The notes under the pieces: model-generated
The model's input: only the letters and a program-made list of their open reading frames with translations
Databases searched by the model: none
Told to the model about the DNA's origin: nothing
Position numbers and translations under genes: made by a program
Assembly (NCBI RefSeq): GCF_006345805.1
Contig: NC_043012.1
Location: 2,542,001-2,606,000 of the forward strand
Direction of reading: 5' to 3'
DNA: 64,000 nucleotides
From: Octopus sinensis
Lineage: Eukaryota
Shown here: positions 63,955 through 64,000 of the stretch, in pieces
Numbering within the stretch: position 1 is the stretch's first letter
Layout of the letters: every line of letters starts with the position of its first letter

Positions 63955-64000
63955 GTACCCCAATCTAAATTCAAATTATTTTAGATCTGAACAAGTTCGT
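63955..64000 (+). CDS. Mical: MICAL coding exon 8, partial (YPNLNSNYFRSEQVR...), continues beyond window
   Basis: Long pyrimidine tract plus ttAG at 63953-63954; phase 2 completes Arg (AG+G) and gives TRYPN, as expected at the end of the MO domain. Confidence 0.9.

Overview
AT-rich, microsatellite- and repeat-saturated animal genomic DNA; the repeat landscape suggests an octopus or other cephalopod (inference). One protein-coding gene is supported: a MICAL-family flavoprotein monooxygenase on the + strand. Eight GT-AG coding exons (41895-42164, 43553-43760, 45783-45899, 51435-51536, 55468-55724, 57765-58022, 59627-59832, 63955->64000) join in frame into 488 codons covering the FAD-dependent monooxygenase domain, and the gene runs off the window end. 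The upstream ~42 kb has no recognisable host coding exon. It and the introns hold about 22 copies of one composite tRNA-derived SINE (family A), three more SINE families (B, C, E), an RTE-like tailed repeat (F), TTAA (piggyBac-type) and 8-bp-TSD MITEs, a Helitron-type element, and remnants of Tc1/mariner, hAT, L1/Tx1 and CRE-like elements. The most interesting signal is a set of short (180-300 bp) elements embedded in (TA)n tracts that carry minimal type I hammerhead ribozyme folds with palindromic stem III, typical of Penelope-like elements. Three unrelated families carry three different cores: canonical CUGAAGA inside a 280-bp palindrome, a C4 variant, and a G3-C8 swapped core that a CUGAnGA search would miss. 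All lie antisense to MICAL. Repeat boundaries are approximate (about +/-10 bp) unless a TSD or TIR is quoted.
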